This document shows positions 20,707 to 30,972 of a DNA stretch of 64,000 bases, one piece after another; within the stretch, counting starts at the first letter, position 1, and each line of letters starts with the position of its first letter. The notes below the pieces were generated by a model, which saw nothing but the letters and a program-made list of their open reading frames with translations, ran no database searches and had not been told where the DNA came from. This DNA comes from Sedimentisphaerales bacterium. Lineage in GTDB: Bacteria; Planctomycetota; Phycisphaerae; Sedimentisphaerales; Anaerobacaceae. The position numbers and the translations under genes are program-made. The stretch covers positions 3,520,001-3,584,000 of the forward strand of contig OY970194.1 in NCBI GenBank assembly GCA_963708075.1, given 5' to 3'.

Positions 20707-22053
20707 TCATTCATATCGCAGGACCTCTACGGGCCTCGTGCGAGCTGCCAGGGCCGCCGGCAACAACGCCCCTGCGGCCGCCGCTGCGATCGACAAGCCG
20801 GCAAGGGTCAGGGCCCACTGCCAGTCCACCACGTTCGGAATTCTGGCGAACATGTACACGCTGCTCTGCCAGAGCTTGAGCCCGAAGGTGGCCCGGATCC
20901 ATCCTTCGATAGTGTTGATATTCACGGTAATCAGGTAGCCCAGCACGATTCCAAGGCCCGCGCCCATGATCCCCACAGTGATGCCGAATCCCAGGAAGAT
21001 CCAGGCGACTGCCGTGCTCGATGCGCCGCAGCTTTTCATAATGCCCACGTCTTTGCGCTTGAGCCGGACGATCATGTAGAAGATGCAGAAGACGAGCACG
21101 ACGACGCTGAAGCTGATGACCCCGAAGACCAGCAGCAGAACGCCCATCTGCTTGCGGATTTCCACGACGTACTGGTGCTGCATCTCGCGTGCCGTCTGCA
21201 CCCGGGTCGCGGCAACCAGGTAGGGAGTCCAGCCAAGGTCCTTCTCCGCAAACACTCGCCACAGGCCGCGGATCTGCGCCACGGCCACGTCCGGATCGAT
21301 ATTCGGCTTGAGCTTGATATTGACGCTGGACGCAAGATCGCCTGTGTCATCCGGGTACAATGCGTTCTGCAGGGTCTTTATGGGCACGTAAACGAGGCTC
21401 TCATCGAGCTGGTACACGCCCGTGAAGATAATATCCGCGATGCTGAACGGCACAAGCACCCGTTTAGGCTCACTCTCGCCGTCCGGGGATTGCGACATCG
21501 TGCCCGTCGTCACCAGGACCTGCTGGCCTATCATCGTCTCCAGGGCCGCCGCCTGATTGTACTCATCCGTCTTCTCGTTCGGATCGGCCACCATCCCGAT
21601 CCCGACGAACCCCCCCACTTTCCCGGGCATCCCCGGCACGTCAAAGGAGGGTCCGTCCGGCATCAGCTTTTGACGCAGCAATGCCCCTTTGATACTCGTG
21701 ACCCGCGCCCGGCGGTCGGGCTCGATCCCCCAGACCGTTACGCCGCGGACATTGCCCTTGCCCACGTGCAGCAGGCCCTCGCAGGACAGGGTGGCCGTCG
21801 CGGCCTCCACGATTCCGCTGCCCTCCAGACGCTCGATCAGCGTGGGATATTTGTCGAACGTGACCCCGGAGGGCGCGGCAAGGATGATATCGCCGATCGC
21901 ATCGATCGCACTTCGCTCGAAGGCGGTGATGAACCCGGTGAACAGGCTGGCCACGACGATCAACAGCGAGACCGACAGCGCCACGGCGGCCACGCTCAAG
22001 AACACGATCCGTCGCTTACAGAGATATCTGACCCAAAAGAACAGCTTCAACAT
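20707..22053 (-). CDS. LolC/E-like lipoprotein-releasing permease
   Basis: RYLCKRR; TM1 ...SLFTGF; KRKDVGIMKSCGAS; PAALAARTRPVEVLRYE. Confidence 0.88.
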   Translation of the reverse strand: MLKLFFWVRYLCKRRIVFLSVAAVALSVSLLIVVASLFTGFITAFERSAIDAIGDIILAAPSGVTFDKYPTLIERLEGSGIVEAATATLSCEGLLHVGKGNVRGVTVWGIEPDRRARVTSIKGALLRQKLMPDGPSFDVPGMPGKVGGFVGIGMVADPNEKTDEYNQAAALETMIGQQVLVTTGTMSQSPDGESEPKRVLVPFSIADIIFTGVYQLDESLVYVPIKTLQNALYPDDTGDLASSVNIKLKPNIDPDVAVAQIRGLWRVFAEKDLGWTPYLVAATRVQTAREMQHQYVVEIRKQMGVLLLVFGVISFSVVVLVFCIFYMIVRLKRKDVGIMKSCGASSTAVAWIFLGFGITVGIMGAGLGIVLGYLITVNINTIEGWIRATFGLKLWQSSVYMFARIPNVVDWQWALTLAGLSIAAAAAGALLPAALAARTRPVEVLRYE

Positions 22054-22098
22054 CTATGAACCGCTATCTCGCCATCAATTTTCGCAGCCGGCACGGCT

Positions 22099-22177
22099 GG
22101 GTGCCATGCTTACGCCAGCGTAAGCATGCCTTGCCCATCGAGTCGGACATGTCCACGCACGCGTAGACATGGCACCC
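22099..22177. repeat. Inverted REP doublet (REPIN-like)
   Basis: GGGTGC-CATGCTTACGC-CA-GCGTAAGCATG ... CATGTCCACGCACGCGTAGACATG-GCACCC. Confidence 0.75.
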
Positions 22178-22228
22178 GGCTTCGATTCTCAGCATACGCC
22201 GGAAGCCTGCGGGATGTGCTGAACCGAG

Positions 22229-23695
22229 CTACGGCTGCTCGGGCGTCACAGGCTTCAGGAGCGGGAATAACACTACGTCGCGGATGGTTGTGGCGCCGGT
22301 CAGGAGCATGACGAGCCTGTCGATGCCGATCCCCAGCCCGCCCGCCGGAGGCATACCGTACTTCAGCGCGGTGATGTAATCCATGTCCATCTTCGTCAAC
22401 GACTCTTCCTGGCCGCGAAGCTGATGGCGGAAATTCTCGTACTGCAGTGCGGGATCGTTCAATTCCGTGTAGGCATTGGCCAATTCCATGCCGGTGACAA
22501 ACAGCTCGAAACGCTCCGCATACTGCGGGTCCTTCCTGCTGGGCTTGGCCAGCGGGCAAAGGATGGCCGGGTAGTCAATCACGAAAGTCGGATTGACCAG
22601 ACGCTCCTCGACGGTCGCCTCAAACACCTCATTGACGACCACGGCGTCATCCAGGCCGGCGTCCTCGATCATAAGCTGACGCGCCTTGGCCCGGATCGCC
22701 TGGATGTCGTCGATCCGGCAGCCCGAGTGCTCCATCAGCAGGTCCGCGTACCTCGCCCGCCGCCATGGACGGGTGAAATCGATTTCCTGGTCGCCGAACT
22801 GAACCTTCGTGCCCTGTCCGACAGCCTGGAGGCATGCCGAGACCAGCTCCTCCGTCAGGTCCATCATCGCGTTGTAGTCGCCGTAGGCCTGATAGACTTC
22901 GATCATCGTGAACTCGGGGTTGTGGCGACGGTCGAGGCCCTCGTTGCGGAAGTTGCGGTTGATCTCGAAGACCCGCTCCATCCCGCCGACCAGCAGCCGC
23001 TTGAGGAACAGCTCGGGCGATATCCTCAGGTACAGGTCCAGGTCGAGCGTGTTATGATGGGTGATGAATGGCTTGGCCGCCGCCCCGCCGGCGATGGTCT
23101 GCATCATCGGCGTCTCGACCTCGATGAACCCCCTGGCCTCAAGGAGTTGGCGAATCGTCCGAACGATCAGGCTGCGATTGCGGAAGCGGTCCATGACCTC
23201 GGGATTGGCCCACAGGTCCACGTACCGCTGGCGGTACCGCTGATCGACATCCGCCAGGCCGTGAAACTTCTCGGGCGGCTGGCACAGGCACTTGCTCAGG
23301 AGGGTCAGGCCGTGTTCCTCGACCCAGATCGTGATCTCGCCCGTCTTCGTCTTTCCCAGGCGGCCTTCGGCCCCAATCGTATCGCCGAGGTCGAGCAGTT
23401 TGGCCAGGCGCCACTGCTCGCCCATCAGGTTCTTCGCCAGACCAATCTGGATCGTGCCGCTTCTGTCCCGAAGGGTGATGAAGATCAGCTTGCCGATATC
23501 CCGCAGCAGGACGATTCTCCCGGCCGTGCGGGCCCGCTGGCTCTCATCGTCGTCCTTGAACCGGGCCCTGATAGACTCGGCAGGCTCGACGTTCTCATAG
23601 CGGGCCCCGTACGGGTCCAAGCCCAGCTCTTTGATCTGGGACAGCTTCTCCTGCCGTTGCTGCTCGAATCGACCTGAATCATCCGGATGGGTCAA
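22229..23695 (-). CDS. lysS: Lysine--tRNA ligase (class II)
   Basis: RYRQRYVDL; EVETPMM; GGAAAKPF; FRNEG...HNPEF; ELANAYTELNDP; GLGIGIDRL; likely TTG start at 23695 after GAGGTG. Confidence 0.97.
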   Translation of the reverse strand: MTHPDDSGRFEQQRQEKLSQIKELGLDPYGARYENVEPAESIRARFKDDDESQRARTAGRIVLLRDIGKLIFITLRDRSGTIQIGLAKNLMGEQWRLAKLLDLGDTIGAEGRLGKTKTGEITIWVEEHGLTLLSKCLCQPPEKFHGLADVDQRYRQRYVDLWANPEVMDRFRNRSLIVRTIRQLLEARGFIEVETPMMQTIAGGAAAKPFITHHNTLDLDLYLRISPELFLKRLLVGGMERVFEINRNFRNEGLDRRHNPEFTMIEVYQAYGDYNAMMDLTEELVSACLQAVGQGTKVQFGDQEIDFTRPWRRARYADLLMEHSGCRIDDIQAIRAKARQLMIEDAGLDDAVVVNEVFEATVEERLVNPTFVIDYPAILCPLAKPSRKDPQYAERFELFVTGMELANAYTELNDPALQYENFRHQLRGQEESLTKMDMDYITALKYGMPPAGGLGIGIDRLVMLLTGATTIRDVVLFPLLKPVTPEQP

Positions 23696-23711
23696 AGTCA
23701 GCACCTCAATC

Positions 23712-23885
23712 GAGTTCCGCAAAATGGAAGTTAGGCTTACTTTAGGAAGGAAAAATCGTTTTCTTGATTTTTCCTTCCTGAAACGGTAAGTGCCTGCTGC
23801 ACAATTGGCTAGGCGGATTATTCAAGGAAATCCCAAAACCGATTTCCTTGAATAATATAAGCCTAACTTCCATTTTGCGGAACTC
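23712..23885. mobile_element. 174-bp MITE-like element with perfect 28-bp terminal inverted repeats and two internal hairpins
   Basis: TIRs GAGTTCCGCAAAATGGAAGTTAGGCTTA (23712-23739) and its exact reverse complement (23858-23885); internal perfect stems 23744-23779 (14 bp) and 23817-23856 (16 bp); visibly AT-rich. Confidence 0.8.
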
Positions 23886-23892
23886 CTCTACC

Positions 23893-26285
23893 TCATTTCG
23901 CAGCGACCGTCCTTGCGTTCACCAGCTTCGCCTTGACGACCAGAACTCCGACGGCCAATTGCGGGTCCGCTTTCAACGTATCTTCCAGGACTCGTTTATT
24001 GACCGTGGTCCTGCTCCCGTCGCGGTTGGCCTGGACGAGGACATCGTTATCCCGCTGCACGTCAATCATTTGCTTCAGTTCTTCACTGGTGAGCTCGACC
24101 TCGACGTCGGGACCGACGCCCCAATCCTTGGTTCCTTCCTTCTGGACGTCCTCGCGGCTCTTGACCCGCTGCCCGGAAGGAAGATGGTAGTAGGCCATGG
24201 TGTATTTCAGCTCTGCTCGCCGCCGGGATAGTGGGTAATACCCTGGACACTGCCCTTGCCATGTGTGCGGGTTCCGACCAGGATAGCCCGCTCATGTTTC
24301 GGATCGCCCAAGGCCCCTGCCACGATCTCCGAGGCGCTGGCGGAGCCGGCGTTCGTCAGGATGACCAGAGGATAGTTCGGATGCGTGCCCCGGCGATGGG
24401 CATGCTCGAATGCCGGGATCATGTTGGCCTTCGGCTGCGTCCGTACGATCAGCCCCTCTTCGACAAACTTGTCCACGATATTGACCGCGCTATCGAGAAG
24501 GCCGCCGGTGTTGAAGCGGAGGTCCATGATCAGGCCCCGCATTCCCTCGGTCTCCAGTTGATTGAGGGTCGTTTCGAGATCGGCGGCCGTTTCGCCGGAG
24601 AAGCTGGTGATCCGGACGTATCCGATCTTTTCCTTCTCATCCAGCATATAGAGCCAGCACCCGGAAGCCGTCCTTTGCCATCCCCGAACGGTCGGCACGA
24701 TGATCCGATCCCGGGTGAGGGTGAGGGTCTGGGCGTCCTTGCCGCCCCGCCGGATGGCCAGGGTCACCGCGCTGCCTTTGGGACCGGTGATCTTCTTGAC
24801 GGCGCACATCAGGCTCATGTCCTTCGTGGGAATGCCATCCACACACTCGATGACGTCGCCCGCATCCAGGCCGGAGCGGTACGCCGGCGTATCCGGCAGC
24901 AGGCTTGACACCGTCAACATCCCCTTGGGTTTCGAGATTTCGATTCCGATGCCGGTGAACTCATTCGTCATGAGCTTCTCGAAGTCCTGCACCTGCCGGG
25001 GCCATACGATGACCGTATAGGGATCCAGCGCCCCGAGAGACGCTTCCACGAAATGGGCAACCAGCGGCTGCACCGGCAATCGCACGGTCGCCTCGTTCAG
25101 GGCCAGCACGTTGTCGAGAACCTTCAGGAACTCGTCCCTGCCGAAGCTGCGGACCGGCGGCTTGCTCTCACCCTGGCCCGCGGCCTGTGGCTGGCTCGAC
25201 GATTCGTTTGCACCCTTGAGCAACGCCTGAATCTCATCCTGAAGCCCGGCCAAGGCAACCGACCAGGCGGTCACTTTCTCGGGCTCCGGCGCTTTGAAGG
25301 CACTTTTCTTGCTTGCCTCGGAGCCCTCGGCAAACGCGATCGTCAGCACCTGGGTCAGCAGATCGCAACGCTTGAGCGCCTTGGTAGCCATCTGCATGTA
25401 GTCGATGCTGTTGACATAGTGCAGGTTCAGGGCCTCCATCGCGCGGCTGAACATGTATTTCTCGACACCTTCATAGCGCTCATTACAGGTCTCACAGGGA
25501 CTATCCTGGAACGAGGCGGCGATGCCGGCCTTCTCCAGCAACTCGTCGGCACGCGTCGAATAGCTCTTGTTGTTCGGGTCGATCGCCTGGAGCCAGTAAA
25601 AGTAGTTCATGTAGGCGTCGAGCCAGTGGCCCTGCCCTTCCAGCAGAACGCTGTAATCCACGGCCTTTTGCGTGACTTTGGTCACGTAGGCGTCCGAAAG
25701 CAGCGATTTCTTCTGCGTCTCGTCGGCGAACTCCGCCGCTTTGGCAATCACCTCCAGGACATCCGTGACGTCATTCGGCTCGTTGGGGTCCCGCTCAGCA
25801 GATGTCTCCAGCGTATCCACATCGTTGCCCTGTTTGGCAACCTGCGGAGGTTTGTCGAGATCGACCGCCGCTTTGAGCTTCTCCAGCGTCTTGCACTGTT
25901 CCTTAAAGACCGTTTCTTTCGCTGCTTGTCGCTGTTGGTTGATCTGGCTGTATCGCTCGGTGATCTCCTTGACCGCAGGAACTCGAGCGTCGGCCGCCGA
26001 GTCCATCTGCGTCACGCGTTCGGCCGCCTCCCGGAACTGCCCCCGCGTAATCAGATCACACGCCGCTGTCACGGCGTCGACCTGTACGGGAGTCTGGTCT
26101 GAGAGGGCAGCGCCCTGCGTCTGATTCGTCGCGGCCAGAGCGATTCTTGTCGTCTCGGCACGGGTCGAGCAGTTGTACCCGCTGAACCAGCATGAGAGGA
26201 CAAGGATCGAGGCACAAGAAACCAAAAGCAAAAGCGTTATCCTGGCGTTACGGATTCCAGCTATTCCACGCTTGCCCTGCGGCAT
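23893..26285 (-). CDS. S41 family C-terminal processing protease (CtpA/Prc-like) with long N-terminal extension; frameshift at ~24220
   Basis: LDPYT; FTGIGIEI (PDZ); DLRFNTGGLL; SASASEIVAGAL; THGKGSVQ; then LKYTMAYYHLPSG...WGVGPD...DPQL in the next frame. Confidence 0.9.
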
Positions 26286-26444
26286 GGGCTCTCCTGTTCT
26301 CTGGGACACCAATGAACCGCTCCTTTCTGCTATGCAGCCTGACTATCGGTAAAGGAAACCTGAGGCAAGAGACTTTTCTCTGCCACTCACATTGTAACAC
26401 AAAAGGTCTCCCCTGTCCCAACGGGCTCGTGCCGCGAGAGGCGC

Positions 26445-27389
26445 CTACAGGCACTCTGCGGCCTTCCCGGCACAACCCAGCACATGAAGCTTGTGACGCA
26501 CCATCTCGCGGATGGCATCGCGGCCGGGGCCCAGATACTTGCGAGGGTCAAACTCCCCGGGCTTCTCCGCGAAGACCTGCCGAATCTTGGCCGTCAGAGC
26601 CATGCGCAGATCCGTATCGATGTTCACCTTGCAAATCGCCATCTTGGACGCCTTGGTAATCATGGCCTCGGGGACTCCCATCGCCGCCGGCATCTTGCCG
26701 CCGTACTTGTTGATGAGATCCCTGAACTCCGGCAGCACACTGCTGGATCCGTGCATCACCAGGGGATAGCCCGGCAACTTTTCACCAATCTTCTGTATAA
26801 TGTCGAAAGCCAGTTTTGGTTCGGTCTTAAACTTGTACGCCCCATGACTGGTCCCGCAGGCGACGGCCAGGGAATCGCAGCCGCTCTTCTCCACGAACTC
26901 CACGACCTGCTCCGGGTTCGCCAGGTGCTTGCTGACGTCATCGACGCCAACCACGTGCTCCTCGATTCCGCCCAACTGGCCCAACTCCGCCTCCACCGTG
27001 ACGTTGCGGGGATGGGCATACTCGACAACCTTCTTCGTGATCGCGATGTTCTCCTTGAAGGGAAGAGCCGAGCCGTCGATCATCACCGACGTGAATCCGT
27101 CATCCACGAACTGCTTGCAAGTCTCGAAAGTATCGCCGTGATCGAGGTGTGTGGCGATTGGAATGTCCGGGCTCTCTTTGACGACCACGTTGATGATGGC
27201 GATCAGATAGCTGTTTTTGGCGTAATCCCGAGCGCCCTTCGATATCTGCAGAATCAGCGGGGCCTTCTCCTGCGCCACGGCGTCCGCGATGCCCTGCGTG
27301 ATTTCCATGTTGTTCACGTTGAAGGCACCGACGGCGTACCCATGCTTATAGGCCATTTCAAACATCTTCTTCGTGTTCACCAACGGCAT
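26445..27389 (-). CDS. fba: Fructose-bisphosphate aldolase class II
   Basis: YAVGAFNVNN; HLDHG; SVMIDGS; VEAELG; GTSHGAYK; VMHGSS; KVNIDTD; FDPRKYL. Confidence 0.96.
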   Translation of the reverse strand: MPLVNTKKMFEMAYKHGYAVGAFNVNNMEITQGIADAVAQEKAPLILQISKGARDYAKNSYLIAIINVVVKESPDIPIATHLDHGDTFETCKQFVDDGFTSVMIDGSALPFKENIAITKKVVEYAHPRNVTVEAELGQLGGIEEHVVGVDDVSKHLANPEQVVEFVEKSGCDSLAVACGTSHGAYKFKTEPKLAFDIIQKIGEKLPGYPLVMHGSSSVLPEFRDLINKYGGKMPAAMGVPEAMITKASKMAICKVNIDTDLRMALTAKIRQVFAEKPGEFDPRKYLGPGRDAIREMVRHKLHVLGCAGKAAECL

Positions 27390-27540
27390 ACTCATGCTCC
27401 TTCCAAAACACCCTTTTGTGAATCGCCACAACCATAAACCCGGCATTGACGGATTCGAGCCTTTGCCGAGCGAGTCCTCACACCCTGCCCCAGTCGGGCC
27501 ATTTTAACACATTGGCCGGCCTGTGCCATATTTATTTTCG

Positions 27541-30504
27541 CTAGTACGACGCCTCCGAGGCCCCCAACCCCACGTATCTTCGCAGGCCGATGGCCAGCTC
27601 GGGCACCCCCTCCGGCCACAGGCTGAAGATGATCCGCTCTTCGTCAAGAGAGTCATCCACGCTCACTGTAACAGCGAAGTTCATCCGGTGGTACTTACGA
27701 ATCAACGTCAAATCGCTTCGGATGTTCGCCTCATAGTCAAAATCATACTGCTCGGCCAAAACCAGCGTATAGCGGGGGTCCAGCACGTACGTTACGGCAA
27801 ACGTAGCGGCATTCGAGCCGTGCTGACCCAATCCGTTGTCGATATCCCGCAGGTAGCGGGTACCGATAAAATAGCTCAAATTCGGCCAGGCCAGGCGGGA
27901 GAAGCCCACGTCCACCTGCTCCACGGTCCCTTTTTGCGTGTCGAGATAGGCATCGCCCAGCACGGACACTGTTTCGCTGACTCGCCAGGTGGCAGCGGCA
28001 CTCGTGTAATTCCGCTGCGGCCCAAACAGATCCGTGGTTCGCCGGTCGAACGGCGGGAGGATGCCGCCCGACCGGTTGATAAGGGGAATAAACGGCTGGT
28101 TCCAGAGGAACCGGTCCGGCCCGGCAACGGCATCGCTCGAATCGCTCACCCATACGAAATCGACGTCCAGCTCGAACCAATTGACGACCCGACGGTTGCC
28201 CACGGGCCCCCGCTTCGTTTGCCACTTCTGCGAGATTCCCAGGTCCAGCGTATCCCGCTGGTCGGCGACCTCATCCGTCGCGGCATAAGTAACAGCCGTG
28301 AGACTCGGCCGAAGCGTATGGCGCAGTCCGTGCAGGTCCCATAATTCCGATTCCACCCCCGGATACACCCGCCAGAACGGCTGCGTGGACGCTCGCACAC
28401 CGGCCTCGCCGATCCCAACTGCGTCCTTGCTCTCGAACAACGGCTCGTCGAGCTCCTTCTGAAAGCCCGCCCCGTCGTCGTAGCCGAACGTGCCCGCGAC
28501 GAACGGCACAACCTTCGAACTGCCCAGCGACAGCGGCATGTCCACCTCGTTGCGGGTCTGTGCGAACGCAAAGAAATCGTCAGGCTCGCCCTCACGGTCT
28601 TCGCCGAAGCGGTATCGAAGCCGGCTCGCCTGGCTGTCGCTGAAGAACACGAAGCGATCATCGAAGAACGATTGACCCGTCCAGTGGTACTCGGCGCTCG
28701 GCATTTCCTCCATCTGATCCTGGAAATCGTTGAGGCGCACTTTGCCCAGGAAGGCAAGCGCACGGTTGTCCTCGATGCGCTTGGCGTGAAGAAGGGTCTC
28801 CTGTTCCTTGCCGGCGTAGAATTCCTGGCGATAGTACTGTTCGAGAAAGTTCTTGTCGGACAGATAACTGGCCTCGGCGGTCAACTGCCAATCATCGGGC
28901 AGGAACTGTCGGTGCTGCAAGGCGAACCGCCCCCGCAATTCGTCGGGGACTTCGACGCTCTTTCGCGTGCGGCCGAGGCGGTCCTCGCCATGATCGTTGA
29001 TCGCATAGCCCAGCACGCGTCCGAAGTAATTCTCCCGCTCATACTCGACGGCCGCCCCGCCCCCCGGCCCCCGCTTGTCATAGTAGTCCAGGAAAAGCGT
29101 GCTGTCGGTCCCCTCCGGCTCATGCAGACCAAGCATGCGGCCCAGAAACCACTGCGTCTCCACCGAGGCGCCGAACGTGCTGTCGCGACCCATGCGAATG
29201 CTCTTCATGGGCACCGCAGGACTCAGCAGATTGCTCCGCATCGACGGCAATCGCAGCAGGGTCGTGTCGTAGTACCTGAGCCGGACATTCTTCATATGGG
29301 CGCTGTAGTCGCTGTCGCGAGTCCCGCCCTCTGCGTCCACGTCCTGGATGGTATCGATGACGCTCACCTTCGAGGCCTTGGCCGAGATCTGCGGCGTCCA
29401 GAATTCGCTCGTGGTCAGGGAGATGTCGTCCGCCTCGAATCGATTCTCACCCAACTGCCGCAACTCCTTCGCACGGACATAGACTGGAATGTCGCGGCTG
29501 GGATCGAAAGTGCGCAGGACGGCGTTTCGCGCCAGGCCCCGTTTGTTCTGCAGGTCGTAGTACAACTCCGTCGCCCGGATCGTGCGCTGTCCCTGCCTCA
29601 ATAGCACGTCGCCTGCGACATAGACCTCGCTCACCCCTTCGAACTGTGCGGACGACGGACCTGCCGGCGACTGCTCTGTATCGGCAGCCCTGCGCCACAC
29701 GACAAGGGTATCCGCCTGTAATTCGACGGCTTCTGAGGGACTCGCTCCCTCGGCCTGCTCCTGCCATAAGACATACACCCTGCCGATCCAGGTGATGATC
29801 TGGGTGTCCCCGGCTTTGCTCCACTCGAAGACCGGCGGCGTGTCGCTCAAAGAGGAAACACTGACCGTGTAGTAGGTCGGCGTCTCGCCGCTCGCTCCTT
29901 CCTTGCTTGCCGTCGGGGCTGAGCGAGAAGAGGTTGCCGGTTCCGGGCTGGCCGGCACTTCCAGACCGGCCTTGCCGAATCCCGCCGTCGCTTCCGCATA
30001 GAGAGGCAGAGAATAGGGACTTCCCGTCCGCCTTGCATCCGCAGTCACGAAAACCTCGCCGGCCACGCTCGCTCTCAGGACAACGGTCTTGTCCTTCTCG
30101 ATTATAACTTCTTGTATTTCAGGGACTTGCGCGTCGCCGGCGTGTTTGTGGGAGACTTGTCCACTCAGGTAGATCTGTACGTCATACCTTGTGGCGGGGC
30201 CCGTCGGTGTGGGGATCCTGTTCGTCTTTACCCAGACTACCGCGTCGTCACTGCTCCACTGCCTGCCGGCCAGGGCCATGGAGAAACCGCCCCGGCAGAC
30301 AAGCAGTTGTCCGCCGGTATCGGGCTCGTGACTCAGGAGCTCGCCGACCGTCAGATGCAAATCCTGGCTCAGCCACTGCCGGCCAGTGGTCCGCGCATCC
30401 GTGCCGGACGACGGGGACAAGGCCCTCACGTCCTTGTCGCCGGCCCAGGCCACCATCTCAGGCACCAGGAGCAGCGTGCCTGCCATCAGCAACGCATATC
30501 GCAT
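27541..30504 (-). CDS. lptD: LptD-like LPS-assembly outer-membrane protein
   Basis: Signal peptide; beta-jellyroll-like GDVLLRQGQRTIRATELYYD; LDYYDKRGPGGG; YLSDKNFLEQYY; long beta-barrel C-terminus. Confidence 0.75.
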   Translation of the reverse strand: MRYALLMAGTLLLVPEMVAWAGDKDVRALSPSSGTDARTTGRQWLSQDLHLTVGELLSHEPDTGGQLLVCRGGFSMALAGRQWSSDDAVVWVKTNRIPTPTGPATRYDVQIYLSGQVSHKHAGDAQVPEIQEVIIEKDKTVVLRASVAGEVFVTADARRTGSPYSLPLYAEATAGFGKAGLEVPASPEPATSSRSAPTASKEGASGETPTYYTVSVSSLSDTPPVFEWSKAGDTQIITWIGRVYVLWQEQAEGASPSEAVELQADTLVVWRRAADTEQSPAGPSSAQFEGVSEVYVAGDVLLRQGQRTIRATELYYDLQNKRGLARNAVLRTFDPSRDIPVYVRAKELRQLGENRFEADDISLTTSEFWTPQISAKASKVSVIDTIQDVDAEGGTRDSDYSAHMKNVRLRYYDTTLLRLPSMRSNLLSPAVPMKSIRMGRDSTFGASVETQWFLGRMLGLHEPEGTDSTLFLDYYDKRGPGGGAAVEYERENYFGRVLGYAINDHGEDRLGRTRKSVEVPDELRGRFALQHRQFLPDDWQLTAEASYLSDKNFLEQYYRQEFYAGKEQETLLHAKRIEDNRALAFLGKVRLNDFQDQMEEMPSAEYHWTGQSFFDDRFVFFSDSQASRLRYRFGEDREGEPDDFFAFAQTRNEVDMPLSLGSSKVVPFVAGTFGYDDGAGFQKELDEPLFESKDAVGIGEAGVRASTQPFWRVYPGVESELWDLHGLRHTLRPSLTAVTYAATDEVADQRDTLDLGISQKWQTKRGPVGNRRVVNWFELDVDFVWVSDSSDAVAGPDRFLWNQPFIPLINRSGGILPPFDRRTTDLFGPQRNYTSAAATWRVSETVSVLGDAYLDTQKGTVEQVDVGFSRLAWPNLSYFIGTRYLRDIDNGLGQHGSNAATFAVTYVLDPRYTLVLAEQYDFDYEANIRSDLTLIRKYHRMNFAVTVSVDDSLDEERIIFSLWPEGVPELAIGLRRYVGLGASEASY

Positions 30505-30619
30505 ACCGCGGCTATCTCGTCATTGACAATTCGGGCCCTCCATCCGATCAACATCGCACGAGATTATAGTCGGCCCCGACCGCAAAGCCAGCAAAAACCC
30601 GCCGCCGCTCGATTCCCTG

Positions 30620-30648
30620 TTGATTTGTCCCGCCCATCTCGGTATAAA
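30620..30648 (+). promoter_or_regulatory. Putative sigma70 promoter for the pilT operon
   Basis: TTGATT-17 nt-TATAAA; shares its TTGATTT(T)GTCCC context with the 13401 promoter. Confidence 0.6.
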
Positions 30649-30690
30649 TTACGTAGGCGAGGTTATGAATGATTGGCTGCAGGATGAACT

Positions 30691-30972
30691 ATGGCCCAAC
30701 GCGATTATTCCGATTACCAGCAGAATATCATCTCCAAGTACTATTCCCACCTGGACAGCCTCATGCTCCAGAAGCTGCAGGCTCTCGTGAGCGAGTTGTA
30801 TCTGGCGGACACCGATGCCAAGAAGGACCGGCTCTGGGAGCGGGTCCACAAGGCGATGGTGAACCTGAAGATCCCCTCGCCGATCATGGAGCACATCATG
30901 AGCACGAAAGATGTCCAGATCCTCGCAAAAAACCTGCAGGACTGGCTTAAGCACGCGGGGAGGCAATCGTGA
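30691..30972 (+). CDS. Small alpha-helical hypothetical protein
   Basis: 93-aa ORF with coding-like codon usage; stop overlaps the pilT start region. Confidence 0.75.
   Translation: MAQRDYSDYQQNIISKYYSHLDSLMLQKLQALVSELYLADTDAKKDRLWERVHKAMVNLKIPSPIMEHIMSTKDVQILAKNLQDWLKHAGRQS

Noticed and set aside
23696..23722. lysS start at 23722 as in the ORF track
   Set aside because: It lies inside the MITE TIR; TTG at 23695 has a well-spaced GAGGTG RBS.
11714..26285. Calling rarA, the LolC-like gene and the S41 protease pseudogenes
   Set aside because: Each has a single indel with both halves otherwise conserved, and similar indels recur across the window, so read error is more likely.
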